NCBI GenBank assembly: GCA_964428185.1 | Contig: CAYRXH010000001.1 | Span: forward strand, 13,219 to 77,218 | Reading direction: 5' to 3' | DNA length: 64,000 nt | Source: an uncultured Bacteroidales bacterium | Lineage (GTDB): Bacteria > Bacteroidota > Bacteroidia > Bacteroidales > DTU049 | Shown here: one piece after another, positions 10,972 to 19,861 of the stretch | Position numbering within the stretch: the stretch's first letter is position 1 | Layout of the letters: each line of letters starts with the position of its first letter | The notes under the pieces: model-generated | What the model saw: the letters and a program-made list of their open reading frames with translations, nothing else | Databases searched by the model: none | What the model was told of the DNA's origin: nothing | Position numbers and translations under genes: made by a program

Positions 10972-12330
10972 TTATTGATGAGAACTCAGTGATTTGATTT
11001 TTTTCAAAAGGCTTGCTGTTTCTTTTTCCATGCCGGGCTTACCGAGAAGGGCAAACATATTTCTTTTATATGCTTCAACACCGGGCTGATCAAACGGGTT
11101 GATATCCATTAAGTATCCGCCGGCAGCACATGCAAATTCAAAAAAATACATCAGGGATCCCAGATTTTCAATGTTCAGTTCATTAATAGTGATTCCGATA
11201 ACAGGCACATCACCTTCATGATGTGCAATCATGGTAGCCTGCTCTGCTATGGTGTTGATTTCTGTCACATCTCTGCCTTTCAGGTATTCAAGGCCGTCCT
11301 CGTTTCCTGCTGAAGCAGGAAACTGCATTGTCCCCGGTTTCTTTTTTATGATTATGAAAGTTTCAAAAAGGGATCTCATTCCTTCCTGAATATATTGCCC
11401 CATTGAATGCAGATCAGTAGAAAATATACATGAGGCAGGAAAAATACCCGAGCGATCTTTTCCGTCACTTTCACCGAATAATTGTTTCCACCACTCAGCT
11501 AAATATTGAAGTTCAGGTTGAAAACTGGATAAAACTTCGATGGTTTTATGCTGACGGAACAGAGAAATCCTCATGGCTGCATACAATAATGAAGGATTGT
11601 TATCAGCAGTGCTTTTCGACAAACAGATTTGTTTCATTTTGTCAGCAGCACCAAGCATTGATTTTGTATCATAACCTGCAAGAGACAGAGGAACAATGCT
11701 AACTGGTGAAAATACAGAATAACGCCCTCCGACAGAATCATCAATGACAAAAGAAGTCCAGCCTGATTTATCGGTCATGTTTCTTAGTGCCCCTTTTGAC
11801 CGATCTGTAATCGTGATGATCCTTTTCTGTACTTCATCCTGTCCATAGGCCTGTTCAAGATGAGTTTTCAGGATCCTGAAGGCAAGTGCCGGTTCAAGTG
11901 TTGTCCCTGATTTTGAAACAACAATGACTCCGTAATTCCTTGTGTTCAGGTAGTTTATCAGACTGTCGAGATAGAAGGCACTCATGTGATGCCCTGCAAA
12001 AACAACTTCTGTCGTGGTATGGTCAGGGAATGGTGATCGAAGGGCTTCGCAAACTGCTTTTGTGCCGAGATAGGATCCTCCGATTCCAATCACAACAACT
12101 GTGTTAATCTGTAGTTTTACCCAGTCATTTTTTACAGATTCAACAGATGACCAGAATTGATCTTCCTTCAGCATTGTTTCAGTTAGCTTTAACCAGCCCA
12201 GAAATTCGTTGCCTTTTCCTGTCATAGTGGTGAGTTGATGATAAGCAGATTGGATTTTTTCTGCAAAATCATGGCTGATCCATTGCTTGTTCTGATGACA
12301 CAACTGAATATTGATTTCGGGAATCATTTC
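10972..12330 (-). CDS. pgi: glucose-6-phosphate isomerase
   Basis: PGI motifs IGIGGSYLG, VSKSGTTLEP, GGRYSV and GESDGK. The start was moved to the internal ATG (MIPEINIQ) because the first 27 codons of the tracked ORF look non-native. Confidence 0.85.
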   Translation of the reverse strand, partial: EMIPEINIQLCHQNKQWISHDFAEKIQSAYHQLTTMTGKGNEFLGWLKLTETMLKEDQFWSSVESVKNDWVKLQINTVVVIGIGGSYLGTKAVCEALRSPFPDHTTTEVVFAGHHMSAFYLDSLINYLNTRNYGVIVVSKSGTTLEPALAFRILKTHLEQAYGQDEVQKRIITITDRSKGALRNMTDKSGWTSFVIDDSVGGRYSVFSPVSIVPLSLAGYDTKSMLGAADKMKQICLSKSTADNNPSLLYAAMRISLFRQHKTIEVLSSFQPELQYLAEWWKQLFGESDGKDRSGIFPASCIFSTDLHSMGQYIQEGMRSLFETFIIIKKKPGTMQFPASAGNEDGLEYLKGRDVTEINTIAEQATMIAHHEGDVPVIGITINELNIENLGSLMYFFEFACAAGGYLMDINPFDQPGVEAYKRNMFALLGKPGMEKETASLLKKIKSLSSHQ

Positions 12331-12508
12331 AAATTTTTTCTGCGAATTTACAATAAAAAAAATTGTTATTGTGATACTCTCGTGCAGTACAGTTATAAAA
12401 AACAAAGACACCCTTTGTGAGGATGTCTCTGTTTGCTAACCAAATATATTAACCTAAAAAGGAATATCAATTTATTTTACAAAAATACAGCTTGCATTCG
12501 CTGTTTTA

Positions 12509-12545
12509 TGTTAATGCCTGTTAATTTTTGTTAATAATTGTTAAG
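12509..12545 (+). promoter_or_regulatory. four direct TGTTAA(T/G) repeats at exact 10-bp phasing
   Basis: TGTTAATGCC TGTTAATTTT TGTTAATAAT TGTTAAG, with repeat starts at 12509, 12519, 12529 and 12539. Located upstream of the HK/RR operon. Confidence 0.4.
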
Positions 12546-12604
12546 TAGCTCTCTTCATTGATGTAATAGAAAGAGAAATATTGAATTGTGAGTAAAAATT
12601 TCAA

Positions 12605-12612
12605 TACATTTG
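12605..12612 (+). promoter_or_regulatory. candidate -7 promoter box (TACATTTG) for the two-component operon
   Basis: TAnnTTTG match about 20 nt upstream of the ATG at 12633. Confidence 0.4.
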
Positions 12613-12632
12613 TAAAATAATACTGTTTGTCA

Positions 12633-14342
12633 ATGCAACTTGGAATCAGAAAAAATTTCTCTCTTATTCTTGTGATAATCAGTGCATTGTCAATGGTTGG
12701 TCTGATTTTGATTCAGTATTACTGGATCACAAATGCAATAGGATCAAGGGAAAGTAATTTTGAAAGAAGCGTTCAGGAGGCCATGTCGAAGGTGATTTAT
12801 CAGACTGAGAAAATAGAAATTGCTGAGAGAATTAAGGGCAGATATAAGTCAATCGGAAAGGGAACATCTCTGTTCAATACAGTGGATTCGATCAATCAAC
12901 TGCTTTTCAAGGAGTTTGATAAAATGTTTTCTGATTCTGTGATCAATGACAGTGTGATTAATATTACCAAGGAAAGGATCAGCATTGAGATTTCCCAGGA
13001 TAAATATGGGCATCCTGTGACTAAAATTGATACTAGTTATATTGTTTATCAGAAATCAGAAAAGGATAAGAATATCATTCCTGATATGGAAGATGGGACA
13101 TCAGCCGGAGCAGGTCTGCTACCTGATGCGAAGCAGAGCGAACAACTTGTAGATATGGACGTTGACAGTTTAATGCTGGAGTTCGACAAATTTCTGAAAC
13201 GAACTTTTATTGTAAGTGATATCTTTGAGGACATGTTCAATTTTACTCATTTTATTCCCATCGAGGAAAGAGTTGATGTGAACAGACTTGATTCAATGAT
13301 TCAGCAAGAGTTGGAAGCAAAGGGAATCAATATTGAGTTTGAAATTGGAATATACAGCTCACTGAAAAAGGAGATGGTTTATGAAAAAACCGGAAAATAC
13401 TCAGATGAACTCACAAAAGAAGGTCAGTCTTTTCAGTTGTTTCCAAGCGATTTTTTTTCTGTTCCCAATTATCTGTTTATTTATTTTCCCAATCGCACCG
13501 AATTCCTTATGAAGCAGATGAGGCAAACCCTTGTGCTGTCCTTTGTGCTTGTTGCCATGATTATTTTGATTTTTTCATACGTCCTGATTTCTTTCATAAG
13601 ACAGAAGCGACTCTCGGAGGAGAGAAATGATTTCATAAACAATATGACTCATGAATTTAAAACTCCGATTTCAACAATTTCACTGGCATGCGAAGCCATG
13701 AAAGATCCTTTGATCACCAATGATGAAGCCATGCGGGAAACATACATTGATATCATTCACAAGGAGAACATGAGACTATCAACTATGGCTGAAAAGATTC
13801 TTCAAACTGCAATGATCGATCACGGGCAGATAAAGATCTCCAAGGACGTGGTTGACTCAAAGAAAATAATTTCAGCTGTTATTGAAAATATTACACTTCA
13901 GCTTGAGCATCGTGAAGGTCGAATCCATACTTTTTTTCTGGCAATAAATCATACCATTGCTGCTGACAGAGTACATTTTACAAATATTATTTACAATCTT
14001 CTTGACAATGCGATAAAGTTTACAAAAAAGCAACCTGAGATTATTATTAAAACCTTCAATGAGCGTGATAATCTGATTATAGAAGTGATTGATAATGGAA
14101 TTGGGATTCCCAAGAACGATCAGAAAAAAGTGTTTGAAAAGCTTTACAGGGTTTCAAGTGGAAATGTTCATGATGTGAAGGGCTTTGGCTTAGGCTTAAG
14201 CTATGTGAAAGCGATTGTTGAATTGCACGAGGGAACAATAAGTCTTGAAAGCGAACCCGGGAAAGGATCTACATTCAAATTGAATTTTAAATGTATTGAA
14301 AACAATGGAGAATCAAAAGAAACAAAAGGTATTACTGGCTGA
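12633..14342 (+). CDS. sensor histidine kinase
   Basis: Two TM segments, H-box FINNMTHEFKTPIS, and ATPase boxes DNAIKF, DNGIGI and GFGLGLSYV. The tracked ORF starts at TTG 12627, but the ATG at 12633 is preferred. Confidence 0.8.
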   Translation: MQLGIRKNFSLILVIISALSMVGLILIQYYWITNAIGSRESNFERSVQEAMSKVIYQTEKIEIAERIKGRYKSIGKGTSLFNTVDSINQLLFKEFDKMFSDSVINDSVINITKERISIEISQDKYGHPVTKIDTSYIVYQKSEKDKNIIPDMEDGTSAGAGLLPDAKQSEQLVDMDVDSLMLEFDKFLKRTFIVSDIFEDMFNFTHFIPIEERVDVNRLDSMIQQELEAKGINIEFEIGIYSSLKKEMVYEKTGKYSDELTKEGQSFQLFPSDFFSVPNYLFIYFPNRTEFLMKQMRQTLVLSFVLVAMIILIFSYVLISFIRQKRLSEERNDFINNMTHEFKTPISTISLACEAMKDPLITNDEAMRETYIDIIHKENMRLSTMAEKILQTAMIDHGQIKISKDVVDSKKIISAVIENITLQLEHREGRIHTFFLAINHTIAADRVHFTNIIYNLLDNAIKFTKKQPEIIIKTFNERDNLIIEVIDNGIGIPKNDQKKVFEKLYRVSSGNVHDVKGFGLGLSYVKAIVELHEGTISLESEPGKGSTFKLNFKCIENNGESKETKGITG

Positions 14343-15018
14343 GGATGATCCTCATCTTGGTCAGATTCTGAAAATATACCTTGAAGCAAGAGGGTATTCA
14401 GTCATGCTTGCTCATGATGGAGATCAGGCACTTCAGATGATTTTGTCCAATGAAGACATCAGTATTATATTGCTTGATGTGATGATGCCCAAAAAAGACG
14501 GGTTTCAACTTGCACGTGAGATCAGAGACCGGAATATTTCAACACCGATTATCTTTACAACTGCCAAAACTATGCAGATTGATATACTCGAAGGCTTCAA
14601 ATTGGGTGCTGATGATTATCTGACAAAGCCATTCACCATGGAAGAACTTATGGCCAGAATTAATGCAGTTTTGCTCAGGGCATACAAGGGAGAAAGTAAA
14701 ACAGTAAGAGATAGTTCAAACTGTCGGATAGGCTTGTATCATTTTGATCATACAAGACAGGTGCTGAAGTTTGAATACGAAGAAATGAAACTTACTGCCC
14801 GTGAGGCCGATCTGCTAAAACTACTATGTAATTATTCAAATCAGATTCTCGACAGACGGGTCGCTCTTGAACTCATTTGGGGTGAAGATAACTACTTTCA
14901 TTCGAGAAGCATGGATGTGTATATCTCCAAGCTGAGAAAATATCTCAGGGAAGATCCACGAATTGAACTGATGAACATCCATGGGGTAGGCTTTAAATTT
15001 ATTGTGCCGGAAGAATGA
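14296..15018 (+). CDS. OmpR-family response regulator
   Basis: Receiver motifs LLAEDD, LLDVMMP and TAK, plus a C-terminal winged-helix (LTAREADLL, VYISKLRKYL). An alternative start lies at 14305. Overlaps the end of the kinase gene. Confidence 0.85.
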   Translation: MKTMENQKKQKVLLAEDDPHLGQILKIYLEARGYSVMLAHDGDQALQMILSNEDISIILLDVMMPKKDGFQLAREIRDRNISTPIIFTTAKTMQIDILEGFKLGADDYLTKPFTMEELMARINAVLLRAYKGESKTVRDSSNCRIGLYHFDHTRQVLKFEYEEMKLTAREADLLKLLCNYSNQILDRRVALELIWGEDNYFHSRSMDVYISKLRKYLREDPRIELMNIHGVGFKFIVPEE

Positions 15019-15075
15019 TATCAAATTTTTAATGACTTCAGTTTTTTTTTTGTCCCCTGACAATAAAAAAAGTAT

Positions 15076-15083
15076 TACTTTTG
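15076..15083 (+). promoter_or_regulatory. candidate -7 promoter box (TACTTTTG) driving the riboswitch leader
   Basis: TAnnTTTG match immediately upstream of the THI-box. Confidence 0.45.
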
Positions 15084-15089
15084 CAGAGT

Positions 15090-15175
15090 TACTCAACAAG
15101 GGGTGCCTAATCACAACAGGCTGAGATCATACCCATAGAACCTGATCCGGGTAATGCCGGCGTAGGGATAGGGTT
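15090..15175 (+). promoter_or_regulatory. TPP (THI-box) riboswitch
   Basis: Contains the conserved elements GGGGTGC, CTGAGA, ACCC and GAACCTGATCCGGGTAATGCCGGCGTAGGGA in the canonical order. Confidence 0.85.
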
Positions 15176-15242
15176 AAATAATAAAAAAGGGCGGTGTTGC
15201 CCCATTGCACTGCTTAATTGTTTAACCAAAACCAATAAAAAA

Positions 15243-17624
15243 ATGAAAAAATTATGTTTGATTGTCATCTATTTGACAACTTGTTCTGTGCTTACTGATG
15301 GACAGAACTTCATTTCCACAATTAGCGGACATGTTACCGAGTTTGGCTCAGATCTACCTCTGGCCGGTGCCAATGTGTGGATTGACGGAACTTTTTTAGC
15401 AACTACAACCAATGCTGAGGGGTATTTTGAGCTTAAAAATGTACAAATGCAAAGCGTCACTCTTGTGGTGAGTTTTGTAGGTTACTCAAGATTCAGTACT
15501 TCTGTCACTGCTGACAACAATGATTTGCTTGAAGTGAAACTAAAACCATCAGTTTATACAACCGAAGAAATTGTCATAACTGCCAGCAGGGCAGATGAAA
15601 TGACCCCAAGTACCCAACATACTGTCAGAGGGACTGAACTGATGGAACTGGGTTCAGGGCAGGATCTGCCTATTCTTTTAGAATTGACACCATCGGTGGT
15701 ATCCACCTCAGACGCTGGAGCAGGGATTGGATACACTGGTTTGAGAATACGAGGAACTGATATCAGCAGAATCAATGTTACAATCAATGGAGTGCCCCTC
15801 AATGATCCCGAATCGAATGGAGTTTTTTGGGTGAACATGCCTGATTTGGTGTCTTCTGTTGATAATATTCAAATACAACGCGGTGTTGGCACTTCATCAA
15901 ACGGAGCTGCTGCCTTTGGTGCAAGTGTAAACATTCAAACCATCAGATTTTCGGAGAAACCCTATGCTGAAACCAACTCCTTTGCAGGCTCGTTTAACAG
16001 TTTTTCAAATAATGTCAAGTTTGGAACCGGAATTTTGCAAGGAATGTGGGCTTTTGACGGAAGGTTGTCAAGAATCACTTCAGATGGATATATCGACAGG
16101 GCCTTCTCTGATCTGAAATCATATTTCTTCAATGCAGGATGTTATCGCGAAAAAACAATTTTTAGGTTTACCATGCTTGGCGGTTATGAAAAAACCTATC
16201 AGGCTTGGGGAGGTGTCCCGAAAGACAGCCTTGAAACCAACAGAACTTATAATCCCTATACCTATGAAAACGAAACCGACAACTACGGTCAGTATCATTT
16301 TCACTTCAATTTGATGCATCAGTTTAGTAAGAATGTGACTGTGAACTCAACCGCATTCCTTATCAAAGGTGCCGGATACTATGAACAGTATAAGGATGAC
16401 AGGGATTTGTCAGATTATGGACTTGAACCTTTTACAATCGGGACGGATACATTGACAGAGAGCGATCTCATACAACAGAAGCATCTTGATAATATCTTTT
16501 ACGGCCTAAATACATCTGTTCATTACAATTCATTGAAAAAAACAAAATTGTCAGCCGGATTTGCAGTGAACAGTTACACAAATGATCATTTCGGAAAAAT
16601 AATCTGGATGCAGTATGCCGGAAAAGTCCCTATAAATTATCAGTGGTATTTGAATACCGGAAATAAACGGGATTATTCGGCCTTTTTGAAAGGAACTTAT
16701 CTGATCAGCGACCGCTTGAGCTTGTATGGAGATTTGTTGTTTCGACATATTGACTATGAGATGAAGGGACTTCATGATGATCTTCGCGATCTGACACAAA
16801 CACATAATTTTGATTTCTTCAATCCAAAAGCAGGGATATTTTACCGGATTAACAGCAACAATGAATGTTATGCATCTTTTGCTACGGCAGGGCGGGAGCC
16901 GAGCCGCAATGACTTCAGGGATGCTGATCCCGGAGTTGAGATACGCGAGGAACGGCTTTGTGATTATGAGGCAGGATATCGTTTTAAAAGAAAAAACATT
17001 TTGCTGAATTTCAATCTTTTTTACATGGATTATAAAGACCAGTTGATTCTCACTGGAAAGATCAATAATGTGGGTGCTCCTGTGATGACCAATGTGCCAC
17101 GGAGCTACAGGGCAGGTATTGAAAGTGCGGCACTGTTGAAAGTGGGTAAAAATATTGAATTTGAAGGGAATATAGCCTTGAGCAGGAATAAAATCATTGA
17201 TTTTACAGAATATATTGACGACTGGGACACATGGAGCCAGGTATCCAGATATCTTGGTGAAACCGACATTTCATTTTCTCCTTCTGTGGTCAGTGGAGCC
17301 GTGATCAGCTATCTTGCACCAAAAAATCTGAAAGTATCTCTCACATCCAAGTATGTAGGAAGACAATACATTGACAATACATCATCAGCCGAGAGGTCTC
17401 TTAATCCGTGGCATTTTAACAATCTGAATATCTGTTATATTATAAACGAATTTCCATTTAATGAAATTGAGTTCAAGTTGTCAGTGATTAATCTTTTTAA
17501 TGTGCAATATGAATCAAATGCCTGGGTGTATAGATATATTTATGGAGGTGAGGAATATGCCATGGAAGGTTATTTTCCACAGGCAGGGCGGCACTTCATG
17601 GCAGGTGTGAGGATTGCGTTTTAG
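15243..17624 (+). CDS. TonB-dependent receptor, riboswitch-controlled (likely thiamine-related uptake)
   Basis: Signal peptide, CarboxypepD_reg-like N-domain, plug motif IQIQRGVGTSSNGAAAFGASVNI, a long beta-barrel and a terminal aromatic residue (RIAF). Confidence 0.85.
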   Translation: MKKLCLIVIYLTTCSVLTDGQNFISTISGHVTEFGSDLPLAGANVWIDGTFLATTTNAEGYFELKNVQMQSVTLVVSFVGYSRFSTSVTADNNDLLEVKLKPSVYTTEEIVITASRADEMTPSTQHTVRGTELMELGSGQDLPILLELTPSVVSTSDAGAGIGYTGLRIRGTDISRINVTINGVPLNDPESNGVFWVNMPDLVSSVDNIQIQRGVGTSSNGAAAFGASVNIQTIRFSEKPYAETNSFAGSFNSFSNNVKFGTGILQGMWAFDGRLSRITSDGYIDRAFSDLKSYFFNAGCYREKTIFRFTMLGGYEKTYQAWGGVPKDSLETNRTYNPYTYENETDNYGQYHFHFNLMHQFSKNVTVNSTAFLIKGAGYYEQYKDDRDLSDYGLEPFTIGTDTLTESDLIQQKHLDNIFYGLNTSVHYNSLKKTKLSAGFAVNSYTNDHFGKIIWMQYAGKVPINYQWYLNTGNKRDYSAFLKGTYLISDRLSLYGDLLFRHIDYEMKGLHDDLRDLTQTHNFDFFNPKAGIFYRINSNNECYASFATAGREPSRNDFRDADPGVEIREERLCDYEAGYRFKRKNILLNFNLFYMDYKDQLILTGKINNVGAPVMTNVPRSYRAGIESAALLKVGKNIEFEGNIALSRNKIIDFTEYIDDWDTWSQVSRYLGETDISFSPSVVSGAVISYLAPKNLKVSLTSKYVGRQYIDNTSSAERSLNPWHFNNLNICYIINEFPFNEIEFKLSVINLFNVQYESNAWVYRYIYGGEEYAMEGYFPQAGRHFMAGVRIAF

Positions 17625-17804
17625 ATTCCGGCCGACTCATCGCTCAGCAGGATGCTTCGGGCATGCAGAATTTTTTTATAAGCAAAACTCCAATAACCCA
17701 TAGGGCTATAATGTTAATAAAAAATGGTAAAAAAACCCATATTTTTGTCCGTCCCGAAGCCATCCCTATGGGATCAGGACATTAACAAACAACATCCAGG
17801 CTTT

Positions 17805-17896
17805 TTGTTGATCCACTACGTGGAAAACCATATCTTTTCATTTTGGTTTTATTGACATTGAAGCATGGAGTTTATCATGCAAAGGGTGAGGCTAGT
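17805..17896 (+). repeat. 92-bp direct repeat, left copy, bracketing the toxin islet
   Basis: Near-identical to 24081-24172. Core: AACCATATCTTTTCATTTTGGTTTTATTGACATTGAAGC(A/T)TGGAGTTTATCATGCAAAGGGTGAGGCTAGT. Confidence 0.85.
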
Positions 17897-17943
17897 TAAG
17901 GCAGATAAAAGAAATACATTCGATATTTAATGTAAATATTTTT

Positions 17944-17951
17944 TAAATTTG
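17944..17951 (+). promoter_or_regulatory. candidate -7 promoter box (TAAATTTG) in front of the first Rhs fragment
   Basis: TAnnTTTG match. It overlaps the TTG start used by the ORF track, which makes the ATG at 17973 the more likely start. Confidence 0.35.
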
Positions 17952-19310
17952 AAAAAAATTCCACGCATTAAGATGAATTCTTCTGTCTATTTCGACAAAA
18001 CCCTTTACAGCAGTCCGCTGATGGTGGTGACGGACAAGGAATACTCGAAACACTACTTTATTGAGGGAGAAAGAGTCTGTACGAAAACCTGTGCTGAGCG
18101 AAGTCGAAGCTTATGTGGCGGCTTTTGGGGGACAGCACCCTTTATGCCCAATGGCACTCCTGTGGACATGCTCTATGGCACCTTGCCCGAATTTACCTAT
18201 AATCTCAGCGTAATGACAGGCCGGCACATCAAATGCACAGGATATGACGAACAATGGGACATCAGCCCGTCGTTTGCGCATCTGCTCAACAAAACCAACA
18301 TGCCCGAAATTAACCAATACTTCTACCACCCCGATCACCTCGGCTCCGCATCCTTTGTGACCGATGCCACGGGTTATGTTGACCAGCACATCCAATACCT
18401 CCCATTTGGAGAGTTATTCATCAGCCAGAGAAACTCCACATTCGACAGCAGATATAAATTCACTGCAAAGGAACTGGATAATGAAACTCAATATACTTAC
18501 TTTGGTGCGAGGTATTTGGATTCGGAAGTGTCGATATGGTTGTCTGTTGACCCGTTAGCAAGCCAGTTTCTTTCACAAAGCCCATACAATTATTGTTTCA
18601 ATAATCCAGTTCGTTTAGTTGATCCTGATGGATTAGCACCAGATGAACCACAGGGAGCAGGTTATTATACGGATAGAATGAATTCAAGATATGTGGGTTT
18701 TGCCGTAAGAAACCCGATTGCTGCAGGTAGAATAGGGTTTGGTGTTACTCCTGGAGCAACAAACATTTCAACTAATTCGACGAGATTTTCTACTAGAGGT
18801 GAGGTGTTATACGGTTCGAAAAGAGGCCAAGAAGACAGAGGTAGTGAAAATGGAGCATTCAGACATGTATTGTGGCAAGCGTCTATTACTTCCGAGTTTG
18901 ATAGAAGTGTAGCTGCACAAGCAGGAAATGCACATGAAGAAAATCCATTTGCAGATTTAACTGTTAGAACTTTTAGTAATTTAGATGATGCTGATCAAAC
19001 GGTTGATTTGTTGAATAATATTATTGGTAGAAATATTGGAGATGCTAATAGTGGAGCAGGTATGGATAAGTTAGCTAATCTAATCCTTGATGAGTTTTAT
19101 ACTAATGGGTTATATACTGCTAGTCAAAATAAAGATGGGAATTGGACCATTTCAAAAACCAAACTATCGTCCGATAAATACAATCAACTGAAGAGCATAT
19201 ATAAAGGACTAAATGTAAATGGACGAACAGCATCTGAGCAAAATGCCGTTGATATTGAAGCCAAACAAAACTTAGAACAATTGCAATTAATATGGGGGAC
19301 AATGAAATAA
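17949..19310 (+). CDS. N-terminally truncated Rhs repeat-associated core protein with a variable C-terminal toxin domain (CT1)
   Basis: Rhs core hallmarks YHPDHLGSASF, QYLPFGE, YFGARYLDSEVSIWLSVDP and NPVRLVDPDGL. These are followed by about 225 aa unrelated to the other two modules, carrying AFRHVLWQA, NAHEENP and DLLNNIIGRNIG. The likely true start is ATG 17973. Confidence 0.8.
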   Translation: MKKIPRIKMNSSVYFDKTLYSSPLMVVTDKEYSKHYFIEGERVCTKTCAERSRSLCGGFWGTAPFMPNGTPVDMLYGTLPEFTYNLSVMTGRHIKCTGYDEQWDISPSFAHLLNKTNMPEINQYFYHPDHLGSASFVTDATGYVDQHIQYLPFGELFISQRNSTFDSRYKFTAKELDNETQYTYFGARYLDSEVSIWLSVDPLASQFLSQSPYNYCFNNPVRLVDPDGLAPDEPQGAGYYTDRMNSRYVGFAVRNPIAAGRIGFGVTPGATNISTNSTRFSTRGEVLYGSKRGQEDRGSENGAFRHVLWQASITSEFDRSVAAQAGNAHEENPFADLTVRTFSNLDDADQTVDLLNNIIGRNIGDANSGAGMDKLANLILDEFYTNGLYTASQNKDGNWTISKTKLSSDKYNQLKSIYKGLNVNGRTASEQNAVDIEAKQNLEQLQLIWGTMK

Positions 19311-19311
19311 T

Positions 19312-19740
19312 ATGAAAACAGCCGGTTTTTTTTTGGTAGCGTGTCTATTCTTTTATAGTTGTTCAGAAAGCAATGACTTCGATGATATTATTTCGAATGA
19401 ATGGGAAAAATGTCAAGAAGGAGGAAAAGACACCATAGATATCTCAAATGTAATGCAGTTTGATTGGGACACAATGTGTTTTTATTCTGGTGCGATTTCA
19501 TTAGAAGAAATCAATCAGGATTTAGGATTTTACTTGAAGGGGTTTACAGATAACGGAGATCGTGTAATCTTTTTACACAAAGGTAAAGTGGTTTACCATA
19601 AAGAATGGTTTAATAAACCTAGTGAACCTGATGAAGGGACTGTTTTTGAAACAGATTTAAAAATATTTAAAATAAGCAAACATGATTCAAAATTTAAAAT
19701 TAGGAAAGAAGGAAAAATGTTTTATTTGAAGAAAATTTAA
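19312..19740 (+). CDS. candidate immunity lipoprotein for CT1
   Basis: Starts 1 nt after the toxin stop. Has a lipoprotein signal (FFLVACLFFYSCS). 142 aa, no recognised family. Confidence 0.55.
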   Translation: MKTAGFFLVACLFFYSCSESNDFDDIISNEWEKCQEGGKDTIDISNVMQFDWDTMCFYSGAISLEEINQDLGFYLKGFTDNGDRVIFLHKGKVVYHKEWFNKPSEPDEGTVFETDLKIFKISKHDSKFKIRKEGKMFYLKKI

Positions 19741-19861
19741 TTAAAAATGACTGTCAATATAATACTCTCCAATTTTTAGACCACTGCTTAAGTGTTAAAA
19801 ACAAATTTACAACATGGGGTAAAAACTCAAGGGAGTACTTCTAATATTTGAATAAAGAATT

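Noticed and set aside
12331-12411. N-terminal extensions offered by the ORF track for pgi (to 12411), lemA (to 50805), the MntP-like gene (from 62037), the T9SS protein (from 41389), the LKR-like gene (from 51801) and the S8 peptidase (from 24534).
   Set aside because: The extensions are non-homologous, overlap the neighbouring gene or promoter, or begin at non-ATG codons. In each case an internal ATG gives a family-typical N-terminus or signal peptide.
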